Translations under genes and position numbers: made by a program
Assembly (NCBI GenBank): GCA_005881595.1
Contig: VBBY01000021.1
Span: 39,977-103,976 of the forward strand
Source of the DNA: Betaproteobacteria bacterium
GTDB lineage: Bacteria > Pseudomonadota > Gammaproteobacteria > Burkholderiales > SG8-39
Length of the DNA stretch: 64,000 nucleotides
Reading direction: 5' to 3'
Part shown: positions 1 through 9,398 of the stretch, in pieces
How positions within the stretch are numbered: position 1 is the stretch's first letter
Layout of the letters: each line of letters begins with the position of its first letter
Notes under the pieces: model-generated
What the model was told of the DNA's origin: nothing
Database searches by the model: none
Seen by the model: the letters and a program-made list of their open reading frames with translations, nothing else

Positions 1-2298
1 GCGCCGCGCGCGCTCGGCGCGCATGCCGTCGCGCCGCAGCTCGGTGAACGAAGTGACGCTCCAGACGGCGGCTTGAATGCCCCAGTCCTTCTCCAGCAGC
101 TCGGCCGCGGCTATTACTTCGCGCAGGATCGCTCCGGAGCCTAGCAATTGCACCTGCGATCCATCGCGCAGGCGGTACATGCCGCGCAGGATCCCTTCCG
201 CCGCGTCTTCGGGCATCGCGGGATGCGGGTAGTTCTCGTTGCCGACGGTCACGTAATAGAACACATCCTCCTGGCCTTCGAGCATGCGGCGGGCGCCGTC
301 GTGCACGATGGCCGCGAGCTCGTAGCCGAAGCAGGGATCGTAGGCACGGCAATTCGGAATGGCCGAGGCAGCGAGATGCGAAGAGCCGTCCTGGTGCTGC
401 AAGCCCTCGCCCGCCAGCGTGGTGCGCCCGGCGGTGCCGCCGACGAGGAAGCCGCGCGCGCGGGAATCGGCCGCCGCCCAGATCAGGTCGCCGACGCGCT
501 GGAAGCCGAACATCGAGTAGTAGATGTAGAACGGCAGCATCGGCGTGCCGTGCGACGAATACGAGGTCGCGGCGGCGAGCCAGGATGAAAGCGCGCCCGC
601 CTCCGTGATGCCTTCCTCGAGGATCTGGCCGTCCTTCGCCTCGCGGTAATAGAGCAGCTCCTCGTGGTCCTCGGGCTCGTAGAGTTGCCCGAGGGCCGAA
701 TAGATGCCGAACTGCCTGAACAGCGTCTGCATGCCGAAGGTGCGCGCCTCGTCCGCGACGATCGGCACGACCCGCGCGCCGAGTGTTTCGTCCTTCATGA
801 GCTGCGCGAGCAGCTGCACGAACGCCATTGTCGTCGACTGATTGCGCGATGAGCTCTGCAGGGAGGGTACCGTGAGCGTGCTCGACGATGCAGTGCGCAT
901 TGGGAGGTAGCCGCCGAGCTCCTTCCGCCGCGCCTCCAGGTATCTGATCTCCTGGCTGTCGGCCCCCGGATGGAAAAAGCGCAGCTGCACCACGTCTTCG
1001 TCGGACAGCGGCAGCGCGAAGCGGTCGCGAAATTCCTTGAGGGCGGCGTCGTCCAGCTTCTTCTGCTGGTGCGTGCCCATCTTGCCCTGGCCCCACAACC
1101 CCATGCCGTAGCCTTTCTTGGTCTTGGCGAGGATCACCGTGGGCTGGCCCGCGTGCTCCGCCGCGGCGCGGTACGCGGCATAGATCTTCACCGGGTCGTG
1201 GCCGCCGCGGTGCAGCCGGTCGATGTCGGCATCGCTCATGTGCGCGATGATCTGACGGAGTTCGGGATACTTGTTGAAGAAATGCTCGCGGTTGAAGCGG
1301 CCGTCGGTCGCGGCATAGGTCTGGAATTCGCCGTCGACCGTTTCATGCAGCCGCTTGAGCAGCACGCCGTCCTCATCGCGCGCGAACAACGGGTCCCAGT
1401 CCGAGCCCCACAGCAGCTTGATCACGTTCCAGCCGGCGCCAGCGAACAGGCCTTCGAGCTCCTGCACGATAGAGCCGTTGCCGCGCACCGGGCCGTCCAG
1501 GCGCTGCAGGTTGCAGTTGACGACAAAGATCAGGTTGTCGAGGCCGTCGCGCGCCGCGAGCGACAGCCCGGCGAGCGACTCGGGCTCGTCCATTTCGCCG
1601 TCGCCGACGAAGGCCCACAGCTTGCGGCCCGCGGTCTTCTGGATGCCGCGGTGCTCGAGATACCGCATGAAGCGCGCCTGGTAGATCGCGTTGAGCGGCC
1701 CGAGGCCCATCGAGCCGGTCGGAAACTGCCAGAACTCCGGCATCAGATACGGATGGCAATAGGAACAAAGGCCAGCGCCGCCGGTTTCCTGCCGATAGTG
1801 ATTCAGCCGTTCTTCGCTCAATCTTCCTTCAAGAAACGCGCGCGCATAGATCCCGGGGGCGGAGTGCGGCTGGAAGTACACCAGGTCGCCGTCGCGCCCG
1901 CCGCGGAAGAAATGGTTGAAGCCGACTTCGAAAAGATCGGCCGCCGACGCGTAGCTGGCGATGTGCCCGCCGAGCTCGGCATGCGCGCGGTTGGCGCGCA
2001 CCACCATGGCAAGCGCGTTCCAGCGCACGATCGAAGAGAGGCGCTGCTCGAGCTCGAGGTTGCCGGGAAACGGCGCCTGGTCGGCTAGCGCGATCGAATT
2101 CTTGTAAGGCGTGTTGAGCACCGGCGGCAGCGGCACGCGCCGCGCGCGCGCATGGTCGAGCAGCTTGCGCAGCAGGAAAGTCGCACGCTCGCGGCCCTCG
2201 GCCTGGACCAGCGCGTCGAAGGCGTCGAGCCATTCGCGCGTCTCGGCCGGGTCGGCGTCCGACGGGTTGATGCGCCAGAATGCGGACAGGTCGGTCAT
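1..2298 (-). CDS. aceE: Pyruvate dehydrogenase E1 component, homodimeric type (C-terminal end runs off window start)
   Basis: Minus-strand frame is open from ATG at 2298 to position 1. It translates MTDLSAFWRINPSDADPAETREWLDAFDALV...HIASYASAADLFEVGFNHFFRG...GDGEMDEPES...NCNLQRLDGPVRGNG, typical AceE. It is absent from the ORF track because it is truncated. Confidence 0.9.
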   Translation of the reverse strand, partial: MTDLSAFWRINPSDADPAETREWLDAFDALVQAEGRERATFLLRKLLDHARARRVPLPPVLNTPYKNSIALADQAPFPGNLELEQRLSSIVRWNALAMVVRANRAHAELGGHIASYASAADLFEVGFNHFFRGGRDGDLVYFQPHSAPGIYARAFLEGRLSEERLNHYRQETGGAGLCSYCHPYLMPEFWQFPTGSMGLGPLNAIYQARFMRYLEHRGIQKTAGRKLWAFVGDGEMDEPESLAGLSLAARDGLDNLIFVVNCNLQRLDGPVRGNGSIVQELEGLFAGAGWNVIKLLWGSDWDPLFARDEDGVLLKRLHETVDGEFQTYAATDGRFNREHFFNKYPELRQIIAHMSDADIDRLHRGGHDPVKIYAAYRAAAEHAGQPTVILAKTKKGYGMGLWGQGKMGTHQQKKLDDAALKEFRDRFALPLSDEDVVQLRFFHPGADSQEIRYLEARRKELGGYLPMRTASSSTLTVPSLQSSSRNQSTTMAFVQLLAQLMKDETLGARVVPIVADEARTFGMQTLFRQFGIYSALGQLYEPEDHEELLYYREAKDGQILEEGITEAGALSSWLAAATSYSSHGTPMLPFYIYYSMFGFQRVGDLIWAAADSRARGFLVGGTAGRTTLAGEGLQHQDGSSHLAASAIPNCRAYDPCFGYELAAIVHDGARRMLEGQEDVFYYVTVGNENYPHPAMPEDAAEGILRGMYRLRDGSQVQLLGSGAILREVIAAAELLEKDWGIQAAVWSVTSFTELRRDGMRAERARR

Positions 2299-2498
2299 CG
2301 CGGCATCGTAGCGCGCCCGGGCTGGCATTTGGTCGTGTTTATTGATACCATGCCGCCCGCAGGATATCGAGCAGCGAATTTGTACCCCTCTCCCGCCGCC
2401 AAAAGCGTCGTCCGTAGTGGCCGGCAGTTCCCTTGATCGTCGTGCCCGGCGTGGTCGCGCCCGGATTTGTCGCGACTTCCAGTAGAAGGAAGAAGTAA

Positions 2499-2702
2499 AT
2501 GGCGACCGGTACCGTCAAGTGGTTCAACGACTCCAAAGGCTTCGGCTTCATCACCCCGACTGAAGGCGGCGAAGATCTGTTCGCGCATCACACCGCGATC
2601 CAGATGAACGGCTTCAAGACGCTGAAGGAGGGCCAGAAGGTCGAGTTTGAAGTGAAGCGCGGCCCCAAAGGCCTGCAGGCGGCGAACATCAAGCCGCTCT
2701 AA
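2499..2702 (+). CDS. cspA: Cold-shock protein, CspA family
   Basis: 67 aa, [20 protein letters not shown]...DLFAHH (RNP1/RNP2 motifs). Long 5' untranslated gap upstream and a strong terminator downstream. Confidence 0.93.
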   Translation: MATGTVKWFNDSKGFGFITPTEGGEDLFAHHTAIQMNGFKTLKEGQKVEFEVKRGPKGLQAANIKPL

Positions 2703-2719
2703 GCGCTCCACGCAACGAC

Positions 2720-2750
2720 AAAAAGCCCGCTTCGAAAGCGGGCTTTTTGT
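2720..2750. terminator. Bidirectional rho-independent terminator
   Basis: AAAAAGCCCGCTT-cga-AAGCGGGCTTTTT: 8-bp GC-rich stem (2725-2732/2736-2743) flanked by an A-run and a T-run. It can therefore terminate cspA (+) and the convergent small ORFs (-). Confidence 0.85.
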
Positions 2751-2796
2751 TTACCATCCTCACTGGATGAATGAACAGGCCGGCGATCATCGTGTT

Positions 2797-2934
2797 CTAC
2801 GGGCAGCCCGCGCCTGGCTTGGGCGGCGCGCACGCGCCGATCGGCTCCGGCGTATTGGAGATGGTGATGCCGATCGCGGGCCGCTCGGCGCAGGCCGCAA
2901 GCAGCAGGAGCGATGCGACCAGCGCGAGTCGCAC
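2797..2934 (-). CDS. Possible small lipoprotein (about 45 aa, GTG start)
   Basis: VRLALVASLLLLAAC|AERP...: signal peptide plus lipobox LAAC. It starts 5 nt after the stop of the upstream small ORF and ends just before the bidirectional terminator. No recognisable homology and a weak SD. Confidence 0.3.
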   Translation of the reverse strand: MRLALVASLLLLAACAERPAIGITISNTPEPIGACAPPKPGAGCP

Positions 2935-2939
2935 GCCGT

Positions 2940-3140
2940 TCAGAGATAGGTAGTCAGAAAGCCGTACAAAACCGTCGCTACCCACGCCATCAGACCAAGT
3001 CCGCAGATCAGCGCAACGGCGAACAAGCTGTCCTCAGGCCGGAAAGCGGCTTTCTGAAAGCGTCCGTAGCAGGACGCAGAATAGGCGTGGTTAAAGGCGT
3101 GCTGCGCTGCGCGAGCTTTCCTCTGTCTGCGCCTTGACAT
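2940..3140 (-). CDS. Possible small tail-anchored membrane protein (66 aa)
   Basis: MSRRRQRKARAAQ... basic N-terminus and one C-terminal hydrophobic helix (LFAVALICGLGLMAWVATVLYGFL). Lower GC than its surroundings. No recognised family. Confidence 0.3.
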   Translation of the reverse strand: MSRRRQRKARAAQHAFNHAYSASCYGRFQKAAFRPEDSLFAVALICGLGLMAWVATVLYGFLTTYL

Positions 3141-3238
3141 GCTTGCTCGATCCTTAACGCTGTCCTGCGGCTGGACCGATACTCTAATGTCGCAGCGGTG
3201 GACCGCCCGTGATATAGGTCACAATTTACCAAAGAGGG

Positions 3239-3634
3239 TCAGAAGCGGCGATGGATGCCGAGATAGATTTTCGTGCCGAGCTCAGGGCCGGTGCGGCAAC
3301 AGCTGACTCGTATGCCGCTGCCATTCGCATCGGGCTCGTCCTGGAAATTCAGCAATCCGAGCCGGCCGTACAGCCTCCACCCCTCTGAGCGCTCCAGGGG
3401 GCCGAGCCTTTCGGCGCGCTGCTCTGCGAACGTATCGAGCGCTTGCAGATCCATGTCATGCCCCAACGCACGAATGGCAGACGGTGAATGGGCGAGCACG
3501 CGGGGAGGAGCCTGCTCGAAGCGCTCGAGCGATGCGGGGTGATAGGCCTGCGCGGCGGCTTCTCCGGCAACGGCGAGCAGCAGGGCCATCACGCCCGGCA
3601 TGACGCGGCGCATTGGGATTCCGGCTGCTTGCAT
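3239..3634 (-). CDS. Hypothetical secreted protein
   Basis: 131-aa ORF. An internal MRRVMPGVMALLLAVAGEAAAQA looks like a Sec signal peptide (possible true start at 3613). The protein ends ...KIYLGIHRRF with a terminal Phe. No recognised family. Confidence 0.5.
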   Translation of the reverse strand: MQAAGIPMRRVMPGVMALLLAVAGEAAAQAYHPASLERFEQAPPRVLAHSPSAIRALGHDMDLQALDTFAEQRAERLGPLERSEGWRLYGRLGLLNFQDEPDANGSGIRVSCCRTGPELGTKIYLGIHRRF

Positions 3635-3775
3635 ACGACACCCCGCAAATGCCCGGATGGTCCGCCGATCGACCGGTGGGCGCTGCGAAGGAGGTCAGGT
3701 TTTTGCGCTCTTTCACCAAGCGGCCCGCGTGGAAGTGAAAATTGTTGTCACGCGAACGGCGAGACGCCGGGGTTT

Positions 3776-3851
3776 TGGTGCCGGCTGACGGATTCGAACC
3801 GCCGACCAACGGCTTACAAAGCCGCTGCTCTACCAGCTGAGCTAAGCCGGC
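3776..3851 (-). tRNA. tRNA-Thr (anticodon UGU)
   Basis: Reverse complement GCCGGCTTAGCTCAGCTGGTAGAGCAGCGGCTTTGTAAGCCGTTGGTCGGCGGTTCGAATCCGTCAGCCGGCACCA folds as a cloverleaf: 7-bp acceptor, D arm GCTC/GAGC, anticodon loop TTTGTAA, T loop TTCGAAT, encoded CCA. Confidence 0.95.
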
Positions 3852-3880
3852 ACGGCGCGCGCATTATGCACCGGCCGCGC

Positions 3881-4342
3881 CTACTTGATTCGCCTCAGCG
3901 TCGGCTTGCCGCCGGAGGGCTTCTTCGGCGGCTCGGGGTGGGCGGGCGCGGGCAGCGCGGCGGGAGACCTGGGCTTGCCGAGCAGCGACGCCGGCTCGGC
4001 CTCGGCCTTCGCCTGCGCCGGGGGCTTCGGCGAATCCGTGTCGAAGGTCATGCCGTGCCCGGTCTCGCGCGCGTAGAGCGCGAACACGCTGGCGATCGGC
4101 ACCGAGATCTGGCGCGCGACGCCGCCGAAGCGCGCGGAGAACTCGATCAGCTCGTTTCCCATCTGCAGCTTGTGCACCGCGTTCGGGCTGATGTTGAGCG
4201 TGATCTCGCCGTTCTTGACGTACTCGGAGGGCACCTGCGCGCGCGAGTCGACCTTGACCGCGACGTGCGGCGTGTAGCCGTTGTCGACGCACCACTCGAA
4301 CAGCGCGCGCAGCAGGTACGGCTTGGTCGGGATCTCGTTCAT
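3881..4342 (-). CDS. sspB: ClpXP adaptor, stringent starvation protein B
   Basis: MNEIPTKPYLLRALFEWCVDNGYTPHVAV...ITLNISPNAV, a disordered Pro/Ala-rich linker and a basic C-terminal tail. Located downstream of sspA. Confidence 0.9.
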   Translation of the reverse strand: MNEIPTKPYLLRALFEWCVDNGYTPHVAVKVDSRAQVPSEYVKNGEITLNISPNAVHKLQMGNELIEFSARFGGVARQISVPIASVFALYARETGHGMTFDTDSPKPPAQAKAEAEPASLLGKPRSPAALPAPAHPEPPKKPSGGKPTLRRIK

Positions 4343-4349
4343 CGCCCGA

Positions 4350-4949
4350 TTACTTCCGCATCACCTTCTCCGAGGGCGTGAGCGCCTCGATGAACGCCGG
4401 CCGCGAGAAGATGCGCTCGGCGTACTTCATGAGCGGCGCGGCGGTCTTGCCGAGCTTGATGCCGTAGTGATCCAGCCGCCACAAGAGCGGCGCGATCGCC
4501 ACGTCGAGCATGGTGAAGTCGTCGCCGAGCATGTGCTTGGTCTTGGTGAACACCGGCGCCAGCTCGATCAGCCGGTCGGTGACGTGCTGGCGCGCGCGCT
4601 CGACCTGCTTTTCCTTGCCGGACTCCAGGCTTTCGATCTGCGAGAACAGCTCGACTTCCATGTTGAACAGCATCAGCCGCGCGCGCGCGCGCATCACCGG
4701 GTCGGCCGGCATCAGCTGCGGATGCGGAAAGCGTTCGTCGATGTACTCGTTGATGATGTTCGACTCGTACAGGATCAGATCGCGCTCCACCAGCACCGGC
4801 AGCCGGTTGTACGGATTCATCACCGCGATGTCCTCGGGCTTGTTGTACAGGTCGACGTCGATGACCTGGAAGTCCATGCCCTTTTCGTAGAGCACGAAGC
4901 GGCAGCGGTGGCTGAAAGGGCAGGTAGTGCCCGAATAGAGTTGCATCAT
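4350..4949 (-). CDS. sspA: Stringent starvation protein A (GST-like)
   Basis: 199 aa, MMQLYSGTTCPFSHRCRFVLYEKGMDF...NPYNRLPVLVERDLILYESNIINEYIDERFPHPQLMP, classic SspA. Confidence 0.93.
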   Translation of the reverse strand: MMQLYSGTTCPFSHRCRFVLYEKGMDFQVIDVDLYNKPEDIAVMNPYNRLPVLVERDLILYESNIINEYIDERFPHPQLMPADPVMRARARLMLFNMEVELFSQIESLESGKEKQVERARQHVTDRLIELAPVFTKTKHMLGDDFTMLDVAIAPLLWRLDHYGIKLGKTAAPLMKYAERIFSRPAFIEALTPSEKVMRK

Positions 4950-4993
4950 GGCTTGGATTCCGCCTGAAAAACCGGCCGCGGTGCGGCCCGCAG

Positions 4994-5689
4994 TTACTTC
5001 ACGTCCTTCCAGTATTCCCTCTTCAGGAGATAGGTGAAGACAAAAACGATGGCCAGCACGTACAGCACCACGATGCCGATCACCTTGCGCGTGGTGGCGG
5101 CGGGCTCGCCGACGTACACCAGGAAATTGACGAGGTCGCGCACCGTGGCGTCATATTCCGCGGGCGACTGGATGCCTTTGGCGATCTCGGTCCACTTGCG
5201 GCTCTCGCGGTCGTAGGCGCGCTCGCCCTGCAGCGTCCATAGCGCGTGCGGCATGGCGACGTTCTCGAACACGGCGTTGTTCCAGCCGGTGGCGGTCTTC
5301 GCATCGCGATAGAAGCTGCGCAGGTAGGTGTAGAGCCAATCCGCGCTGCGCGAGCGCGCGGCCAGCGAAAGGTCGGGCGGCGCCACGCCGAACCAGCTCT
5401 TGCTTTCCCTGCGCGGCATCACCGTGCGGATCGGCTCGCCGACCTTGTCGGCGGTGAACATGAAGTAGTCCCTGATCTGCGCCTCGGTCAGGTCGAGGTC
5501 CGTCAGCTTGCCGTAGCGCATGGATTCCAGGCCGTGGCAGCCGAGGCAGTAATTGACGTACGTGCGAGCGCCGGCCTGCAGGCTGATGAGGTCGTGGGGA
5601 TCGTGCGGCGAGCTGTCCAGGCGATAGCCGGCCTCGGCGGCCCAGCCGCACAGCGGAGCGAGCAGCAAAACGATCACCAGTTTTCTCAT
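4994..5689 (-). CDS. petC: Cytochrome c1 of the bc1 complex
   Basis: MRKLVIVLLLAPLCGWA signal peptide, heme motif CLGCHG, C-terminal TM anchor. The ATG at 5689 overlaps the petB stop (TGATG). The longer 326-aa track ORF is an upstream extension. Confidence 0.9.
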   Translation of the reverse strand: MRKLVIVLLLAPLCGWAAEAGYRLDSSPHDPHDLISLQAGARTYVNYCLGCHGLESMRYGKLTDLDLTEAQIRDYFMFTADKVGEPIRTVMPRRESKSWFGVAPPDLSLAARSRSADWLYTYLRSFYRDAKTATGWNNAVFENVAMPHALWTLQGERAYDRESRKWTEIAKGIQSPAEYDATVRDLVNFLVYVGEPAATTRKVIGIVVLYVLAIVFVFTYLLKREYWKDVK

Positions 5690-6963
5690 CAGTGCGTCAC
5701 CCGCTCGGGGACCGGCTTCACCTCGTCGCGCCCCGTGTACCAGGGCATCAGGATGAAGAACAGGAAGTAGACCACCGTGCACAGCCGCGCCAACCAGGTG
5801 GCCCGGTCCTTGGTGTCGAGGAAGAAGGCGTCGAAGCCGAACTGGCCCCACACGGTGGTCGACTCGGTGCCGAGGTAGCCGAGGATCAGGAAGGCGACGA
5901 CGAAGACGGCGAGCGCGCTCTTGTAGTAGGGCCCGCGATAGCGGATCGAGCGCACCGGGCTGCGGTCGAGCCAAGGCAGGAAGAACAGGATCAGCACCGC
6001 CGCGCCCATCGCCAGCACGCCGGGGAACTGCGAATGAAACAGCGGCGGGACTGCGCGCAGGACCGAGTAGTACGGCGTGAAATACCAGACCGGCGCGATG
6101 TGCTGCGGGGTCTTCAGCGGATCGGCCGGGATGAAGTTGTTGTATTCGAGGAAGTAGCCGCCGACCTCGGGGATGAAGAACATGACGAAGCAGAAGATGC
6201 CGAGGAATGCCACCGCGCCCATCAGGTCCTTCACCGTGTAGTACGGATGGAACGGGATGCCGTCGAGCGGGTGGCCGCTGGCGTCCTGGTACTTCTTGAT
6301 ATCGACCCCGTCCGGGTTGTTGGAGCCAACGTCATGCAGCGCGAGCAGGTGCACCACCACCAGGCCCAGAAGCACCAGCGGAAACGCGATGACGTGCAGC
6401 GCGAAAAAGCGGTTCAGCGTTGCGTCGGACACCACGTAATCGCCGCGGATCCACAGCGCGAGGTCCGGCCCGATGAACGGCACCGTGCCGAACAGGTTGA
6501 CGATGACCTGCGCGCCCCAGTAGGACATCTGCCCCCACGGCAGCAGGTAGCCGAAGAACGCCTCGCCCATCAGCGTGAGGTAGATCAGCATGCCGAAGAT
6601 CCACACCAGCTCGCGCGGCTCCCTGTGCGAGCCGTACAGCATGGCGCGGAACATGTGCAGGTACACGACGATGAAGAACGCCGAGGCGCCGGTCGAGTGG
6701 ATGTAGCGGATGATCCAGCCGCCCGGCACGTCGCGCATGATGTAATCGATCGAGCCGAACGCCAGATTGGCGTCGGGCTTGTAGTTCATCGTCAGGAAGA
6801 TGCCAGACACGATCTGAATGACCAGCACCAGCAGCGCGAGCGAGCCGAAGAAGTACCAGAAATTGAAGTTCTTCGGCGCGTAGTACTCGGCGGCGTGCTT
6901 GCGCCACTCCTGCTTGAGGCTCGGCATCCTCGAGTCGACCCAGCTCCACAGGCGCGCAGCCAT
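5689..6963 (-). CDS. petB: Cytochrome b of the bc1 complex
   Basis: 424 aa. FFGSLALLVLVIQIVSGIFLTMNYKP, RYIHSTGASAFFIVVYLHMFR, LPWGQMSYWGAQVI, PVWYFTPYY. Confidence 0.96.
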   Translation of the reverse strand: MAARLWSWVDSRMPSLKQEWRKHAAEYYAPKNFNFWYFFGSLALLVLVIQIVSGIFLTMNYKPDANLAFGSIDYIMRDVPGGWIIRYIHSTGASAFFIVVYLHMFRAMLYGSHREPRELVWIFGMLIYLTLMGEAFFGYLLPWGQMSYWGAQVIVNLFGTVPFIGPDLALWIRGDYVVSDATLNRFFALHVIAFPLVLLGLVVVHLLALHDVGSNNPDGVDIKKYQDASGHPLDGIPFHPYYTVKDLMGAVAFLGIFCFVMFFIPEVGGYFLEYNNFIPADPLKTPQHIAPVWYFTPYYSVLRAVPPLFHSQFPGVLAMGAAVLILFFLPWLDRSPVRSIRYRGPYYKSALAVFVVAFLILGYLGTESTTVWGQFGFDAFFLDTKDRATWLARLCTVVYFLFFILMPWYTGRDEVKPVPERVTH

Positions 6964-6966
6964 CGG

Positions 6967-7566
6967 CTAGGCCCCTTTCGTTGCTTTGTCTTCGCCGATC
7001 ACCAGCCCGGCCTCCGCGACGAACGCGTAGGGCGGCACCCTCAGGTTGGTCGGCGCCGGTGCGCCGCGGAACACGCGCCCCGCGTAATCGAACTTCGAGC
7101 CGTGGCAGGGACAATAGAAGCCGCCCGGCCAGTCCGCGCCCATCTCGGCCCTGGCTTCGGCGGTCTTCAGCTGCGGCGAGCAGCCCAGGTGAGTACAAAC
7201 GCCTTCCATCACCATGATCTCGGGCTTCAACGAGCGGTATTCGTTCGTCGCGTAAGGCGGCTGCTCGGAAGCCTTCGACAAGGGATCGGTCAGCTTCGGC
7301 TCCGCGGCCTTGAGCGAATCGAGCATTTCCCGGGTGCGGTGGAGCACCCACACCGGCTTGCCGCGCCACTCGATCACCGCGAGCTCACCGGGGCCGACTC
7401 TGGAAAGGTCGACGTCGACCGGCGCACCGGCGGCCTTCGCGCGCTCCGAAGGCCACATGCTGGCCACGAAAGGGGCCGCTGCGCACACGCTGGCCGCGCC
7501 GCCGACGACCGACGTGGCGACCAGCAGGTTGCGCCGCGTCCTGTCTATTTTTTTCTGATCGTTCAT
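6967..7566 (-). CDS. petA: Ubiquinol-cytochrome c reductase Rieske Fe-S subunit
   Basis: 199 aa. Tat-like N-terminus (TRRNLLVATSVVGGA) and Rieske boxes CTHLGCSP and CPCHGSKF. Confidence 0.95.
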   Translation of the reverse strand: MNDQKKIDRTRRNLLVATSVVGGAASVCAAAPFVASMWPSERAKAAGAPVDVDLSRVGPGELAVIEWRGKPVWVLHRTREMLDSLKAAEPKLTDPLSKASEQPPYATNEYRSLKPEIMVMEGVCTHLGCSPQLKTAEARAEMGADWPGGFYCPCHGSKFDYAGRVFRGAPAPTNLRVPPYAFVAEAGLVIGEDKATKGA

Positions 7567-7678
7567 GGAGATGGCTCGGGGTGGGCGGCGCGCGAAAGCG
7601 TGCGATTCTACCGACGGGGCCTCGCCCTGTCTAGGATTTCGCGCGTAAACATCTAAATCTTAAGAGGAATTCTGTATA

Positions 7679-8869
7679 ATGATCAGTTCGCTCATGTACC
7701 GCCTCTGGCTCATTTTTTCGCAGGCCGCGACGATCGCGGTGGCGGCGCTGTTCGTCGTATCGACTTTCCGCCCGGAATGGCTGCCCCCGCGCGCGGGCGC
7801 GCAGGTCCCTCTATCGATCACGCAGCCGAGCAGCGCAGGACCGATGCAGGTCGCCGCGCGCGCTGGCCCCGCGCCTGCGTCCTATTACGACGCGGTGCAG
7901 CGCGCAACGCCTTCGGTGGTGAACATCTTCACCTCCAAGGAAGTCCGCGCGCCGCGCCATCCTTTGCTCAACGATCCGATTTTCCGGCGCTTCTTCGGCG
8001 ACCAGCTGCCCGACGAGGCACAACGCGCCGCCAGCCTCGGCTCGGGCGTGATCGTCAGCAGCAGCGGCTACGTGCTGACCAATCATCACGTGGTCGAGGC
8101 GGCGGACGAAATCGAGGTGGCATTGGCCGACGGCAAGAAGCTGCTGGCGAAAGTGGTGGGCAACGATCCCGAGACCGATCTCGCGGTGCTGCGCCTCGAC
8201 GCGCAGAACCTCCCGGCGATCGGCTTCGGCTCCTCCGACGCGCTGCGCGTCGGCGACGTGGTGCTCGCCATCGGCAATCCGTTCGGCGTCGGGCAGACGG
8301 TCACCAGCGGCATCGTCTCCGCCCTCGGCCGCACCGGCCTGGGCATCAACACCTTCGAGAACTTCATCCAGACCGATGCCGCGATCAACCCGGGCAACTC
8401 GGGCGGCGCGCTGGTCGATGCGGCCGGCAACCTGATCGGCATCAATACGGCGATTTTCTCGCGCTCGGGCGGCTCGATGGGGATCGGCTTCGCCATCCCG
8501 GTGTCGACCGCCAAGATGGTGCTCGAGCAGATCGTCAGGAGCGGCAGCGTCACGCGCGGCTGGATCGGCGTCGAAGTGCAGGAGGTCACGCCGCCGGTCG
8601 CCGAATCCTTCAAGCTCGACGGCACGCGAGGCGCGCTAATCGCCGGGGTGCTGCGCGGCGGGCCCGCCGACAAGGCCGGCATCAAGCCGGGCGACGTGCT
8701 GCTCGAGGTGCAGGGCAAGCCGGTCGCCGATCCCGCGGCGATGCTGAACCTCGTCGCCGCTCTCGCGCCGGGCTCGGCGGCGACGATGAAAGTGAAGCGC
8801 CAGGGCCAGGACATGGACGCCAGCGTCACCGTCGGCCGGCGTCCCAAGCCGCAGGCGCGGCCGGAGTAA
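7679..8869 (+). CDS. Periplasmic trypsin-like serine protease with one PDZ domain (DegS/AlgW-like, S1C)
   Basis: N-terminal TM. Catalytic-triad contexts TNHHVV, DLAVLRL and GNSGGALVD, with a C-terminal PDZ (GALIAGVLRGGPADKAGIKPGDVLLEV). SD AAGAGGA lies 11 nt upstream. Confidence 0.88.
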   Translation: MISSLMYRLWLIFSQAATIAVAALFVVSTFRPEWLPPRAGAQVPLSITQPSSAGPMQVAARAGPAPASYYDAVQRATPSVVNIFTSKEVRAPRHPLLNDPIFRRFFGDQLPDEAQRAASLGSGVIVSSSGYVLTNHHVVEAADEIEVALADGKKLLAKVVGNDPETDLAVLRLDAQNLPAIGFGSSDALRVGDVVLAIGNPFGVGQTVTSGIVSALGRTGLGINTFENFIQTDAAINPGNSGGALVDAAGNLIGINTAIFSRSGGSMGIGFAIPVSTAKMVLEQIVRSGSVTRGWIGVEVQEVTPPVAESFKLDGTRGALIAGVLRGGPADKAGIKPGDVLLEVQGKPVADPAAMLNLVAALAPGSAATMKVKRQGQDMDASVTVGRRPKPQARPE

Positions 8870-9024
8870 AAATCCTAGAAGGCGGCTACGCGCTCTCCGC
8901 CCTCGGCCGCAGCGCCGTGCAGCACATCAGAGCTTTAGCTGGGTTAAACGCATAGCGGCGCACGCTGGCCGGACTTGGGGTCTGGCGCTATAGTTCTTCC
9001 TCCAAACCCCGATAAGAGGATCAC

Positions 9025-9387
9025 ATGACGGCGTTCTTCAAGCGGTTTATATGCAGGCTGGTCATCCTTAGCAGCATCGTGCTGCCGTATTCGGCGAATA
9101 CGCAGGCGGCGATGATCGGCACCGGGCAGGCGATTGCGAACGTCGAGGCGCAGCGCGCCAAGGTGAAGGATTTCGTGGCGCGCGCGGATGCGCAGAGGAA
9201 GCTGGCGGCGCTCGGCGTCGGCGCGGCGGCGGCGGGCGAGCGCGTGAATGCGCTCACCGACGACGAAGCTCAGCTGATCGCCGGGCGGATCGACACGCTG
9301 CCGGCCGGCGGGGTCGGCACCGAAGTTGCGCTGGCAATCATACTGATCCTGCTCCTGGTCATTTTCCTCTTCGACAGAAGGCACTGA
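9025..9387 (+). CDS. PA2779-like small membrane-anchored protein, copy 1
   Basis: 120 aa: signal peptide, AAMIGT, ...ALGVGAAAAGERVNALTDDEAQLIAGRIDTLPAGG, C-terminal TM. From memory it resembles the 'PA2779 family'. SD AAGAGGA upstream. Confidence 0.65.
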   Translation: MTAFFKRFICRLVILSSIVLPYSANTQAAMIGTGQAIANVEAQRAKVKDFVARADAQRKLAALGVGAAAAGERVNALTDDEAQLIAGRIDTLPAGGVGTEVALAIILILLLVIFLFDRRH

Positions 9388-9398
9388 GGAGACATCCA

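Noticed and set aside
3776-3851. tRNA-Thr as a genomic-island integration site
   Set aside because: I saw no integrase, no direct repeat of the tRNA 3' end, and no accessory genes nearby. The flanks are sspAB and small ORFs.
5692-7656. 654-aa plus-strand ORF spanning the bc1 region
   Set aside because: It is antisense to petB and petA, which have unmistakable cytochrome b and Rieske motifs. Its Arg/His/Asp/Gly-rich, low-complexity translation is typical of shadow ORFs in high-GC DNA.
7673-7681. TATAAT overlapping the ATG of the DegS-like protease, as a leaderless promoter
   Set aside because: A good SD (AAGAGGA) sits 11 nt upstream of the ATG, so a conventional leadered mRNA is more likely. 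The hexamer overlaps the start codon itself.
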